Source: a virus (lineage: Duplodnaviria > Caudoviricetes). From it: a stretch of 64,000 nt of DNA. The stretch spans positions 1 through 64,000 of IMG/VR virus record IMGVR_UViG_2030936005_000025; one strand, written 5' to 3'. The notes beneath the pieces were generated by a model. That model was not told the DNA's origin. It saw only the letters and a list, made by a program, of their open reading frames with translations, and searched no databases. The position numbers and the translations under genes were made by a program. The first letter of the stretch is position 1, and each line of letters starts with the position of its first letter. Positions 27,346-37,500 of the stretch are shown piece after piece.

Positions 27346-27347
27346 TA

Positions 27348-27803
27348 TTATTCCTTAACGAAGCTATCACGAATGCCATTAACTACCGTGTCCGAATCCA
27401 GGATGATTTCTGCAATTGGACCTTTACCGGCGTCAATCACTGTCAGGTAATCCAGCCCGGAGTTAAGCATTAAGTCTTCGGTGTGACCAACCTCATAGAT
27501 TGTCTTACCATTTTTGATGAGCAACGATTCAGCGCTCAGCGACTTGTTGTCATTAATGACGCTGTCAACACTTTTGGCAGGAAGTTTGATATCCAACTCA
27601 GGTTTCTTCCCAACCTTACCGAAACGGTAAAACACCGTTGTGTTCCATTGACAGACCAGCACTTCTTTCTTATGGTCTTGAGTCTGACCGTAGAACAGAA
27701 CGTCGCCTGGTGCGCAACGATCACCAACCAGGTCCAGAGGATCTGGGTTAGCAGAAACAGCGAAAGACAAAGTGAACAGAACCAGAGCAATAATCTTTTT
27801 CAT
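27348..27803 (-). CDS. Secreted or periplasmic protein (start MKKIIAL, about 151 aa)
   Basis: GAGG RBS, signal peptide ending AVSA, 2 Cys. Confidence 0.75.
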   Translation of the reverse strand: MKKIIALVLFTLSFAVSANPDPLDLVGDRCAPGDVLFYGQTQDHKKEVLVCQWNTTVFYRFGKVGKKPELDIKLPAKSVDSVINDNKSLSAESLLIKNGKTIYEVGHTEDLMLNSGLDYLTVIDAGKGPIAEIILDSDTVVNGIRDSFVKE

Positions 27804-27907
27804 AGTGACCTCAAAATAGTTTTTCGATAATCCAGCTAACAAGGGGAATGCCAATTGCTAAAGCAAAAGCAATCAGCACAATGATAATGCTTTCTTTCTG
27901 ATTGATA

Positions 27908-28219
27908 CTACTGAACTTTTGAGGTCTCATTAAAACCCTCAACACGTTTCAGTATATCCGCTTGATCAATGATCGCGTCATTTAACTGCAACATTCCTTT
28001 TGCGAGATCATAGATCTTCATGCCGTTCTTGGTCACGAACTTATTGCGACCAACACGCTCAAACAGCTCGAGTCCCAGTTCTGTTTCCAGGCGGTCCATC
28101 TGCTGAGAAATAGCAGACTGAGTACGGTTTGATTCTTCACCCGCTAACTTGAAGGTCCCCAGTTCAACAACACGAACGAAACTGCGCAAGATAGCGGTAT
28201 CGATATTTTTAAAAGGCAT
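27908..28219 (-). CDS. LysR-type HTH DNA-binding-domain-only protein, LrhA/HexA-like
   Basis: LRSFVRVVELGTF..A....RTQSAISQQMDRLE..LG..LFER.GRNK.VT..G; ends after the linker helix, no effector domain. Confidence 0.88.
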   Translation of the reverse strand: MPFKNIDTAILRSFVRVVELGTFKLAGEESNRTQSAISQQMDRLETELGLELFERVGRNKFVTKNGMKIYDLAKGMLQLNDAIIDQADILKRVEGFNETSKVQ

Positions 28220-28251
28220 TACAGATCCTCATTCAAGAAATGACAGAGATC

Positions 28252-28695
28252 TTAGTTAAACAGATACTCTAATTTAGAAGGACGGTACTGACCCTTAGTA
28301 ACATGATTCAATCGGAAGTTATAGCGGTTCACAAAGATACGACTATAATGGTGAATCAGTTCTTCAGAGACAGTAACAGCAGGCCGATCATTTTCCAACA
28401 GTTCGAGCATCTCATCGATAAGACGGATACCTAGTCCATTGCCCTGATAATCAGGATGAACACGTACACAACGAAGTTTGGTTTCTTCAGGTGTGTACTT
28501 ACCCAGAGCCACACCGGCGATATGTTCACCGTCGCGTGCAATTAACAGCTTGTCGTTCCCAGTCATCAGACCAGGAACAACTTGATTTACGTACCAGTAG
28601 GATACATCAGGATAGAACTTGTCGAGAGTAGCGATAAACGGCAGGACTTGAAAGGCTGCCGTCATTGAAGTTTCGGGACGGATAGCAACACTCAT
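28252..28695 (-). CDS. GNAT-family acetyltransferase
   Basis: Motif A CVRVHPDYQGNGLGIRL. Confidence 0.85.
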   Translation of the reverse strand: MSVAIRPETSMTAAFQVLPFIATLDKFYPDVSYWYVNQVVPGLMTGNDKLLIARDGEHIAGVALGKYTPEETKLRCVRVHPDYQGNGLGIRLIDEMLELLENDRPAVTVSEELIHHYSRIFVNRYNFRLNHVTKGQYRPSKLEYLFN

Positions 28696-28973
28696 TTGAT
28701 ATCTCTTGTTTCCGTAATGAGGTCATCGTTTAATTGAATCAGAAGTTTGGCTTTCTCATATACAACTTTACCAAGATCAGTTAACGCACCCTGACGCTGG
28801 AATTTCTGCATTAAAGGTCCACCAATGGTTTCTTCTAGATTCGCGATATGTGTGGCCAGTGAATGTTGACTTTTACCAAGTATAAGAGCCGCCCCCTTAT
28901 AGGAGCGACCCTCAACAACGGCCACAAATGTTCTCAAATATTTAATTGAGATATTTGCGATAGCGGTTTTCAT
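28692..28973 (-). CDS. Second, diverged LysR HTH-only protein
   Basis: YLRTFVAVVE.RSY..AA..LG.SQ..L...I..LE..IG..L...LT..G...QLND. Confidence 0.8.
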   Translation of the reverse strand: MKTAIANISIKYLRTFVAVVEGRSYKGAALILGKSQHSLATHIANLEETIGGPLMQKFQRQGALTDLGKVVYEKAKLLIQLNDDLITETRDIK

Positions 28974-29446
28974 TCTTCGGCGGAGTCTTCTTCCAGATGT
29001 TTGTTGACTTGATCAACCAGATCAGAATCATCAAACGGGAATTGAATGACGAAGTCCTGGAGCCCGAAGTCAGCTTTGGTGATGATTTGTTTCACCGTAT
29101 CTGAATATTTCAGGATGTACAGCCCGTCAGTACTAATCGTCACGAAAATATCTTCAGGACGAATGTCACTGGTCAGCCGAGGTAAAGAGTTGGCGTACCA
29201 TCTTTCGGCATCTTCCTGAAGTTGTTTCTTCAATCCTTCAATCCCACCCATGACATTGCTTCCATCGAACTTAGGCTCATCCGACGTAAGGAAAAAGCTG
29301 AGACTCTTTAACAGAGTGAACTTAAGCGCATTAGCAATGGTGCGGCGTTCTTTGGCTTCATACACCGGGGTCAAGATTTGCTTAATCTCGTCACGCTCTG
29401 CATCAGTGAGTGGAAGAGAGTAACGGGTGACAGTTTTCTTAGCCAT
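28970..29446 (-). CDS. Hypothetical protein, 158 aa
   Basis: AAGGA RBS, coupled ORF. Confidence 0.65.
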   Translation of the reverse strand: MAKKTVTRYSLPLTDAERDEIKQILTPVYEAKERRTIANALKFTLLKSLSFFLTSDEPKFDGSNVMGGIEGLKKQLQEDAERWYANSLPRLTSDIRPEDIFVTISTDGLYILKYSDTVKQIITKADFGLQDFVIQFPFDDSDLVDQVNKHLEEDSAEE

Positions 29447-29457
29447 GGCAATGTTCC

Positions 29458-29934
29458 TTATATGTCAAGATAATGAAAGGGATCATTCAATACGAGTGTC
29501 CCGTCTTTACGCTGCATGATATTACGGTAATGTAGATCAAGCCTTGTTACCGGCATCTCTAACTCATCGGTAACGTACCGATACAATTCGAAGGCTTTAT
29601 CTAACAATGCTTTCAGCTGTTCATTTTTAACGTCAACCAAACAGGTGATATGTTTGTTGATGATATCCCAATCAGTCTGACCCAGTTCTTGGAACAAGGC
29701 ATGTCCAACAGGATACAGTCTCTCCATAACAGCCCAGTGGTAATCTTCCTCATCAACCTCGAGGATCCTCGGTAAACAAAAGCGTTCACGATCTTCATCG
29801 CTTAACCAACAGACGGCCCGAAAGCCATCTGTTTCATCATCGCTTTCACGCAGCACGGTATCTTCATCAAGTTCATACACTGTTGCACAAACACCTTGAC
29901 CCAGACGTTTACCTAATGTCTTTCCGTGTGACAT
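29458..29934 (-). CDS. Minimal protein-kinase-like (PKL fold) enzyme
   Basis: Gly loop LGQGVCATVY, hinge VMERL, catalytic loop RLDLHYRNIM, DFG-equivalent LNDP. Confidence 0.75.
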   Translation of the reverse strand: MSHGKTLGKRLGQGVCATVYELDEDTVLRESDDETDGFRAVCWLSDEDRERFCLPRILEVDEEDYHWAVMERLYPVGHALFQELGQTDWDIINKHITCLVDVKNEQLKALLDKAFELYRYVTDELEMPVTRLDLHYRNIMQRKDGTLVLNDPFHYLDI

Positions 29935-29961
29935 AATGATATTCTCTAAAGTAAGTGAGAA

Positions 29962-30309
29962 TTATTGAGCTACGGGTTTCTTCCGAGACTTGCGGATGTC
30001 CACCATTGTAGAAGTTGCGGTCCCAATCGTAACTGTCACCCCACCCAGTGTACAGAGCCGCACTACTCCGCCGGCAATACCTTTACCGCCATGTTTGATT
30101 GCCCCGCCACCAATAGTTGAGAGAACAGTGGTAACAAGTGCAGCACCTTTGAGACCATGTTGTTTGATCAGTTGACGCGCAACCACACCCACCGTTCCGG
30201 TCATGACTAATACACCCAACCCTAAACCGATAGCGGTAGCTTTCCAAGCGATGTCGGCGTTGGACTTCTTCACGTTGTTATCTTTATCGAAATTAATTGA
30301 ACCGGACAT
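29962..30309 (-). CDS. Gly-rich putative membrane protein
   Basis: AIGLGLGVLV...IGGGAI...GIAGGVV. Confidence 0.65.
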   Translation of the reverse strand: MSGSINFDKDNNVKKSNADIAWKATAIGLGLGVLVMTGTVGVVARQLIKQHGLKGAALVTTVLSTIGGGAIKHGGKGIAGGVVRLCTLGGVTVTIGTATSTMVDIRKSRKKPVAQ

Positions 30310-30318
30310 AGTGTTTCC

Positions 30319-30825
30319 TTAATCCTTAAAACGATTAATTGGGAAGTTGCTTTTCCTTAACAGGATTTCATTGGCAAGAGAGATTGCTTTAACAATGTCC
30401 TCATTGCCGTTAAATGCTCGTTGAGCGAGTTGATAAAGAGTTTTATCTTTAGCAAATGCTCGTTGGATTCCAGAAGAGTATTCAAATGTAAAGGTGGTGT
30501 CACCAATGACTTTGACTTCGAATACCTCATCAGAGTCCAGCGTTGCAAAGTGCATGCTGAGTCTACCGAACTCATCTTTCCAACTATTGACCGCTTCATT
30601 GATTAGTAATACTAATTTCTCACGGTACAAGTCAGGGCCAAATTGACGGTGACTTCTGCTGACATAAAACTTTTCTTTGGCTGTTTCGAGATGGTCCTCT
30701 AACATCAGTACAGATTTGTAAACAACGTCTTCGAGATGTTTATTATCGATAACGTCGTAGATTTCTTTCTTCTGTTTATCATTCTCAACAGGAAGCATAA
30801 ACAGTTCGATACTTTTCTTAGCCAT
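30319..30825 (-). CDS. Hypothetical protein, 168 aa
   Basis: First ORF after promoter motif E. Confidence 0.65.
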   Translation of the reverse strand: MAKKSIELFMLPVENDKQKKEIYDVIDNKHLEDVVYKSVLMLEDHLETAKEKFYVSRSHRQFGPDLYREKLVLLINEAVNSWKDEFGRLSMHFATLDSDEVFEVKVIGDTTFTFEYSSGIQRAFAKDKTLYQLAQRAFNGNEDIVKAISLANEILLRKSNFPINRFKD

Positions 30826-30857
30826 GATGATTATCCTAAAATAAATAAGTGAGTTTG

Positions 30858-30884
30858 TACAAGTAGATAATATCTGCTCGAAAA
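30858..30884 (-). promoter_or_regulatory. Phage promoter-like motif, copy E
   Basis: TTTTCGA-GCAG-ATATTAT-CTACT-TGTA. Confidence 0.55.
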
Positions 30885-31067
30885 GATTTACACCTGAAAA
30901 ACAAAAAGGATGATTACTACGTAATCGCTAATTATACAAATCCTCCCTACCCTCACCTCCGGTAACACCCTAAGTAAATAATATAAGCTCTCATAAAAAA
31001 TAATTTATTAGTCAGAGGTTAATTATTAGCTAAACAAATTTAACCTTCACCACAGGACTAATATCAC

Positions 31068-32198
31068 ATGGCTTACAGTACTTTTGACACCAACAAAAAT
31101 AACCAGCTCGAAGAACACATGTTCTTTGGTCAGAACGTTAACGTTTCCCGTTACGACCAACAGAAGTTCCAGATCTTCGAAAAGCTGATTGAAAAGCAAC
31201 TCTCTTTCTTCTGGCGTCCTGAAGAAGTTGATGTCTCTAAAGACCGCATCGACTACCAGAACCTTCCAGAACATGAAAAGCATATCTTCATCTCTAACCT
31301 GAAATACCAGACACTTCTGGATTCAGTACAGGGTCGTGGCCCGAATGCATGTCTGCTGGTCATCGCCTCTATTCCAGAACTGGAAACCTGGATCGAAACC
31401 TGGGCATTCTCAGAAACGATTCACTCCCGTTCTTACACGCACATCATCCGCAACATCGTCAATGATCCATCAATCGTCTTTGATGACATCGTTGGTAACG
31501 AACACATCATCGCTCGCGCAGCAGAAGTGTCTAAGTACTACGATGACCTGATCAATGCGATTCAATTGTGGCACCAGTTCGGTGAAGGCAATCACGTCTT
31601 TAACGGTGAGAAGGTTCGCATTGACCTTCGTGACATCAAGAAGAAACTGTACCTGTGTCTGCACTCTATCAACGCCCTGGAAGCTATCCGCTTCTATGTA
31701 TCGTTCGCTTGTTCGTTTGCATTTGCTGAACGTAAGCTGATGGAAGGTAATGCGAAGATCATTAAAATGATCGCGCGTGATGAAGCACTCCACATGACCG
31801 GTACTCAGCACATGCTGAACCTGATGGCTAATGGCGCTGATGATCCAGAGATGCAAGAGATTGCAATAGAGTGTAAGAAAGAAGTTGAGCAGATGTTCTT
31901 GCTGGCTGCTGAGCAAGAGAAAGACTGGGCCGACTACCTGTTCGAGGGTGGTTCCATGATCGGTCTGAACAAGAGCATCCTGTCTCAGTACATCGAGTAT
32001 ATCACCAACATCCGTATGCAGGCTGTAGGCCTCGATCTGCCGTACAAGACGACCTCTAACCCAATCCCATGGATCAATGGTTGGCTGGTCTCTGACAACG
32101 TTCAGGTGGCTCCTCAGGAGGTAGAAGTATCCTCTTATCTGGTTGGCCAGATTGATGCCGATGTTAATACCGATGACTTCGACAACTTCCAGCTGTAG
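31068..32198 (+). CDS. nrdB: Class Ia ribonucleotide reductase beta subunit
   Basis: [24 protein letters not shown] (radical Tyr), [16 protein letters not shown]-terminal [16 protein letters not shown]. Confidence 0.98.
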   Translation: MAYSTFDTNKNNQLEEHMFFGQNVNVSRYDQQKFQIFEKLIEKQLSFFWRPEEVDVSKDRIDYQNLPEHEKHIFISNLKYQTLLDSVQGRGPNACLLVIASIPELETWIETWAFSETIHSRSYTHIIRNIVNDPSIVFDDIVGNEHIIARAAEVSKYYDDLINAIQLWHQFGEGNHVFNGEKVRIDLRDIKKKLYLCLHSINALEAIRFYVSFACSFAFAERKLMEGNAKIIKMIARDEALHMTGTQHMLNLMANGADDPEMQEIAIECKKEVEQMFLLAAEQEKDWADYLFEGGSMIGLNKSILSQYIEYITNIRMQAVGLDLPYKTTSNPIPWINGWLVSDNVQVAPQEVEVSSYLVGQIDADVNTDDFDNFQL

Positions 32199-32207
32199 TA
32201 GATAACT

Positions 32208-32237
32208 TAGAGAGCTGGGGATTACCCTGGCTCTCTA
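32208..32237 (+). terminator. Hairpin after nrdB
   Basis: TAGAGAGCTGGGG-ATTA-CCCTGGCTCTCTA. Confidence 0.7.
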
Positions 32238-32282
32238 GGAATCATTTGCTTAGCGATTACAGTTTCATATATAAGAGGGTTT

Positions 32283-34433
32283 ATGAATAGTCAAAAGACA
32301 GCGTCCGTTGGTGGACGTGACATTTATTTGCGTGCAGACGGTGCGCTGACAGGTGACATTTTAACCGTCGCTTGTTTGATTGTCTGGGCTGATGATAAAT
32401 CACCAATTGAAGGTTTAGATATTTATCGTCGTATGTTGGCGGGCAATGTTCTTCCTTCTGGTGATCTGAGTTCTTTCAATGAGTACTATGATCAACTGAC
32501 CGGTACTTATTGGTTTGATATCAAAGTACGTCCTATTACTGAACCTACTGATGTGGTAATTCAAGCACGTGGGTTTGTTCATGGGACTGAGATTCCCGTT
32601 CTGTTTGAAATGCATATTCCAGGTCCCTCTCCATTAGTGGTGAGTCCAATTACCTTTGACGGTAATATCATGCGTTTTGAAATCGGTAACACTTCAGGTA
32701 AACTGCTTCAGTATCCGCTCTCGGTGAAAGCTGTACGCGAGATCGACGGTAACGCTGCTGCACTACCTTCTAAACAGAAACGCATTCCCTATGCCTTCTA
32801 TACACCAATTAACAACGGCCAGGTAGAAACCTTCGCAGTAATGGGTATGGCAGAAGTGGACGGCGTTAAACACAACTGGGTTGCTCGTACTGAAATCAAA
32901 ACCAATGATGGTGAACTGTCATTGGAGCAGAAAGGTGAAAACCTGCTGGGTGTATCTGTTAAGCTGGCTAACCCGAAAGCCACTACCGAAATTAACTTAC
33001 CCGTGAAGTTTGAACTGGGTGACGGAACTTACGGTATCGCGAATCAGGTTCATGATTATAATCAGATCGATGATGTTGTTTATTTCGACATCCCACTTTC
33101 TGATATCAAAGATCAGACCAGTGTGAAAGTTTCATTCCACCTGAATGAAACCAGCAACAGTAATGCACCAATCTTCCTGATGGGTCAAGCACCGGTAAAA
33201 CGCTGGAGCAATGGTCAGTCTAAAATCAAGATTGAAATTGACAGCCATACTTTCAAGCGCAATGTTGATACCTTATATGCACATGTGTTCTGGGAAGACG
33301 GTACGCCAGTAAAAGGTTTCCGTTTAAAGAACATTACTCCGGAATGTCATTCTGGTGTTAAAGGTAATCAGATCATCTTGTCCCGTAAGTTTGTTCCTAA
33401 TCAACACAAAGAGAATAAACTGACCCTGGGTGCAACGGTTGACCTGACTCCGTTTGGTATCGAAGAAGAAACGTCATTCGAAGACATACTGTCAATCGGT
33501 AGCGACATTCTGCCTATTCGTGTGGTTTCGGGTTTGGGTACAGTGCTGGGTGATGAAGTTCATTTCAATATTGCTGTCCGTCAGAATAACGGTGATATCT
33601 TCAACGATGCCGTACTGGATGTGTTTAACGCCAATGCGAAGATTAAAAATCAGAGCTATGACAAAGACAGCGGTATTGTTTCATTCACTGTTCCCAATAC
33701 TGCGATTAACGTTATTGATGAACGTGCCAATGTGGCAACCAAGTTCACGGTAACAACGGATGAAGCTTTGCAGGGAACGTTTAATGGAACTATCAAAATT
33801 GATGTTCCTTATACCATCAAAGCAGATCTTCCTATTTGGAAATATCGTCGTGACCAACTGACCGGCAGAATTTATATTGATGCAACGTGGGTGTTAAAAG
33901 GTAGTGATGGTAACTATCCAAATACAGCCAACATTGCCGATGTAAAACTCAACGGGATGGGTGTAACAGACTACAAGAAAAGTTACAACCAGTCATTTGG
34001 TGCGTTATCTCTTTCATTCCCTGTTAGTCTTCAGCCTGGTGGCATGCTTTATGTATCTGCTACTGCCAGTGCATCAGGTTTGGGTAATTTCTTTAACCTT
34101 CCTGCTTTGGACAGCCGATATCGTGAGCCAGGTACTGTTCGGTACGTGAATCATGAATTCACTGAAGACAATAAAGTAAAAGTCTTCTTTGATGTTCAGG
34201 GTTGGGATAGTTTACCTCCTGCCGAAGTCCAGATCGAAGATAACTCCTGGAACCGAGTTGAAGGCGTTAAGTATGGGAAGTCGTATTCTGAATACGATCC
34301 AAAGAAAGGCGTGTTGATGGTTCAGTTTGATTTGTTTGATCCGAATGCTCCGGTGTTCAAAGGTGAGACGTCAATGAAGTTGAACTATGCTGACATGACG
34401 ACGTATCCAATCAGTTTCTCCTTTACCAAATAA
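32283..34433 (+). CDS. Beta-rich repeat protein, putative fibre-associated virion protein, 716 aa
   Basis: Recurring Y[DN]xxxG-hydrophobic-F motifs, directly upstream of the giant fibre gene. Confidence 0.6.
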   Translation: MNSQKTASVGGRDIYLRADGALTGDILTVACLIVWADDKSPIEGLDIYRRMLAGNVLPSGDLSSFNEYYDQLTGTYWFDIKVRPITEPTDVVIQARGFVHGTEIPVLFEMHIPGPSPLVVSPITFDGNIMRFEIGNTSGKLLQYPLSVKAVREIDGNAAALPSKQKRIPYAFYTPINNGQVETFAVMGMAEVDGVKHNWVARTEIKTNDGELSLEQKGENLLGVSVKLANPKATTEINLPVKFELGDGTYGIANQVHDYNQIDDVVYFDIPLSDIKDQTSVKVSFHLNETSNSNAPIFLMGQAPVKRWSNGQSKIKIEIDSHTFKRNVDTLYAHVFWEDGTPVKGFRLKNITPECHSGVKGNQIILSRKFVPNQHKENKLTLGATVDLTPFGIEEETSFEDILSIGSDILPIRVVSGLGTVLGDEVHFNIAVRQNNGDIFNDAVLDVFNANAKIKNQSYDKDSGIVSFTVPNTAINVIDERANVATKFTVTTDEALQGTFNGTIKIDVPYTIKADLPIWKYRRDQLTGRIYIDATWVLKGSDGNYPNTANIADVKLNGMGVTDYKKSYNQSFGALSLSFPVSLQPGGMLYVSATASASGLGNFFNLPALDSRYREPGTVRYVNHEFTEDNKVKVFFDVQGWDSLPPAEVQIEDNSWNRVEGVKYGKSYSEYDPKKGVLMVQFDLFDPNAPVFKGETSMKLNYADMTTYPISFSFTK

Positions 34434-34437
34434 CATA

Positions 34438-34469
34438 TAGAACTTCTGGGGTCATTCCCAGAAGTTCTA
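34438..34469 (+). terminator. Hairpin terminator
   Basis: TAGAACTTCTGGG-GTCATT-CCCAGAAGTTCTA. Confidence 0.7.
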
Positions 34470-34554
34470 GTTATATTGTAGGGCGTTTCGAATCTTTTGC
34501 TTTAGTATGTATTTTTGACCTTAGATTATTTATTCATGTATAGGAGTCTGTCGC

Positions 34555-37500
34555 ATGGCAGAGTTGATTAAAGTTAATAAGAAAGTTATTAACGATCCAC
34601 TCTTCACGCCAGTCATTGCTTTCTTGAAAGAGCGTATTGCGAATCTTGAAATCAATGGACCGGAAGATGAGTTAGCATTATCCAAGCAGCGTTATGACGG
34701 CTTGGTGGCTGGCGATCTCGTTATTGAGAGTGCTGTCCGTTTTCCTGATAATGTCGTTCGTGTTTGTATCATTTCTCGTAAGACGGGCTTTGCTCGTGTA
34801 GACCTTGATATCAAGTACGCTAAGATGAAAGACATCTTAGAAGACTTTACTGTTCCTCTGGTAGAGATTGAAGATGTCGACCATCTGAAAACTTATGTCA
34901 AAGCGAACAGTGACATCGAACCGACTTTGCTATACCTGAAGTATAAAGACACTTACGGTGTTCTGATCACTCAGGATCAAGCGAAGACCCACGAAGGTCC
35001 GATGACTGCTTTCGGTAACTTGTTCTTCGAGAACTATACCACAACTCGTGAGAGCTTGAACTCGATCGATTGGGAAAGTCTTGAGTGCGGTACCGTTACC
35101 ATTACTGACCCGTCATTTGGTCAGGGTGTTTATCCGCTGTTCATTTATGAACTGGTTTTAGCTGAAGCCCAGCTTCCTGAAATCACCTCAAACCTGCCGA
35201 CTTCTATTACCAGTCGTCGTGGTGAAACCTTTGATATCCCGAACACTTACTGGTTCGCGGGCACTCAGGACATTACCACTACCGCCACGGTTGAACTCAG
35301 TACCAAGTTAGGTTACGCCAACCTTGAGCGTTCTTCTGACTTACTGCAGATCGACGGTGAAACCATCTATGGTTCTGCTGATCAAGAAATCACAGACACC
35401 ATCGTTGTGCGTGTGTCGTATGACTGGAACGGTAAGTTAGTTCGTAAGAACTTCTATATCGAACTGAAGATCGAGAAAGATTTACCCAGTGAATTGGTGA
35501 TCACTTCTGTTCCAACGGAAGTTAAAGCAACCAGCGGTGATATCGTTGAGCTGACCCTGACAGCTAAGCTGCGCGGTGACAAGGTTGAGATTCTCATCCC
35601 ACCAACTATGCTGCGTTCTCAGAAAGGTTTCGGTAACCTGGCTTATGTTAAAACTAACAAAGACCTGACCATGGTGTATCGTGGCAAGGTTAATGTGAGT
35701 TGGCCAAGGGATGTGGAACAAGTTGCTGATCTTTGGTATGCAGAGTTTAGTTATAACGATGCTGGTACCATTATCAAGAACACGGCCTACATCAACTCGA
35801 TTCTGGTTAAGCCTGAAACACTACCTGCCTTTACTGTGACTGGCGTTCCAACTCTGTTACAGGGTTACAAGAACCAGACCGGTAAATACAAACCTACTGT
35901 CATGTACGGTGAGCAAGAGATCGCTCTGACCCAAGTACAAATTGACACCGGGGTGCAGGGTAGTAAACAACTGGTTGATATTACCGAAGTCACTGATGCG
36001 GGTGTGAGTTGGAAACTGATTGATGATTCTCAGACTCCAGGAACAGCAATCCGTGATAGTTTCACTCAGACTTATGAGTGGCTGGATCCTCGCGGTGTAC
36101 TGCAAACCAAAAGCTTTGTTATCCAAGTAAACGTTTTACTGGATTCCATCGTTGAACTGGTTCCGGTTCCCCCACAACCTCGTAATGTGGTTCGTTATCA
36201 GACCGGTGGTCCAACCTTTACTTTCATGGTAAACGGTACCCCACGTTCTGGTTTGATTCGCACTATACGGGTTGATCCAATTGCGGATCCAAAGAAACAG
36301 TACATCGTTAACAACCCGAAAGCAAACAACCAATGGATGGTTGCGCTGGCAGATGAAACAGGTCCTGTGGATTACACAGCGAACTTCACAATCACTGCTC
36401 TGGTTGATGGTGTTATCAAGACGTACAAGTTCCCGCAAGAGTTTATCATTGCTAAATATGTGCCGGGTACTAACGACACGGGTAGCAATACTGGTCCTGG
36501 CGGGAATACCGGTCCTACAGATCCAACCAGTCCTGGCGGTGAGGGTAACCCAAATAGCCCAGGTAGTGGGGATGGTCCTTACAACACCAATATCAAAGCT
36601 GAACCTCTGTCGTACAGCATCGGTGATAAAGGTGAGAAGTCTGCTAAGTTAACCTTTAAGGTTCTTGAAGGTACGACTGATATTACCGCAGATTGCCATC
36701 TGTTAACCGAGTCGACAGTCACTCCATCTAACGTTTCGTTTGATAACCTCACGTATGACGCTGACAACAACGTCTTTGTGGTGGACTATACCAAACTGGG
36801 TAAAGGTCAGAGTGAAGGTGCGGTATTTGCTTGTAAGAAAGCAGATGCTAATCCAGCTAAGGTTGATATCGCTCGTATTTGGATTAACACCAAAATTGGT
36901 ATAGGTGATGGCCCCCCAGTTGACGACAGCGATCCAGACAACCCTGGTGGTGGTCCTGCTCCTGGTGAAACTGGCACAGGTCCTGGTGGTAGCACTGGCC
37001 CAACCGATCCAACTGAACCGGGTGGCGATCAGAACCCTGATAGTCCTGGTGAAGGCGACGGTCCGTATAACGCCGATATCACTGCGGTTCCAACTTCGTT
37101 CACTATTGGTGGTGAATCGGATAAGAACTATAAGATGTCCTTCAAGATCTTCCAAGGTACGGAAGACGTTACTGCTAAATCTGAGATCATGTCAGATTAC
37201 ACAGTACTCCCTGAATTCGTCACATTGAACCCTATCACTTACGATGCGACCAACAATGTGTTCGTGATGACCTACACCAAAGATAAAGGTGGTGAGTCTC
37301 AGGGTGCGATCTTTGCTAAGCTGAAAGCGACGCAGAATCCGACCAAGAAAGAGATTGCACGTGTTTGGCTGAACGTCAACATTACGCAAACTAAAATCTT
37401 GAAAGTCATCAACCCACCAAAATCCATTAACTTGGATGTGGGCGTTGGAAATGATTTCCCGCTGACAGTGGAGTTCTCTGGTAAAGAGATCAATCTGTTA

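Noticed and set aside
30826-31067. ncRNA, tRNA or NrdR box in the 240-bp intergenic gap
   Set aside because: AT-rich divergent promoter region. I could not identify a cloverleaf, stable structure or convincing NrdR-box palindrome.
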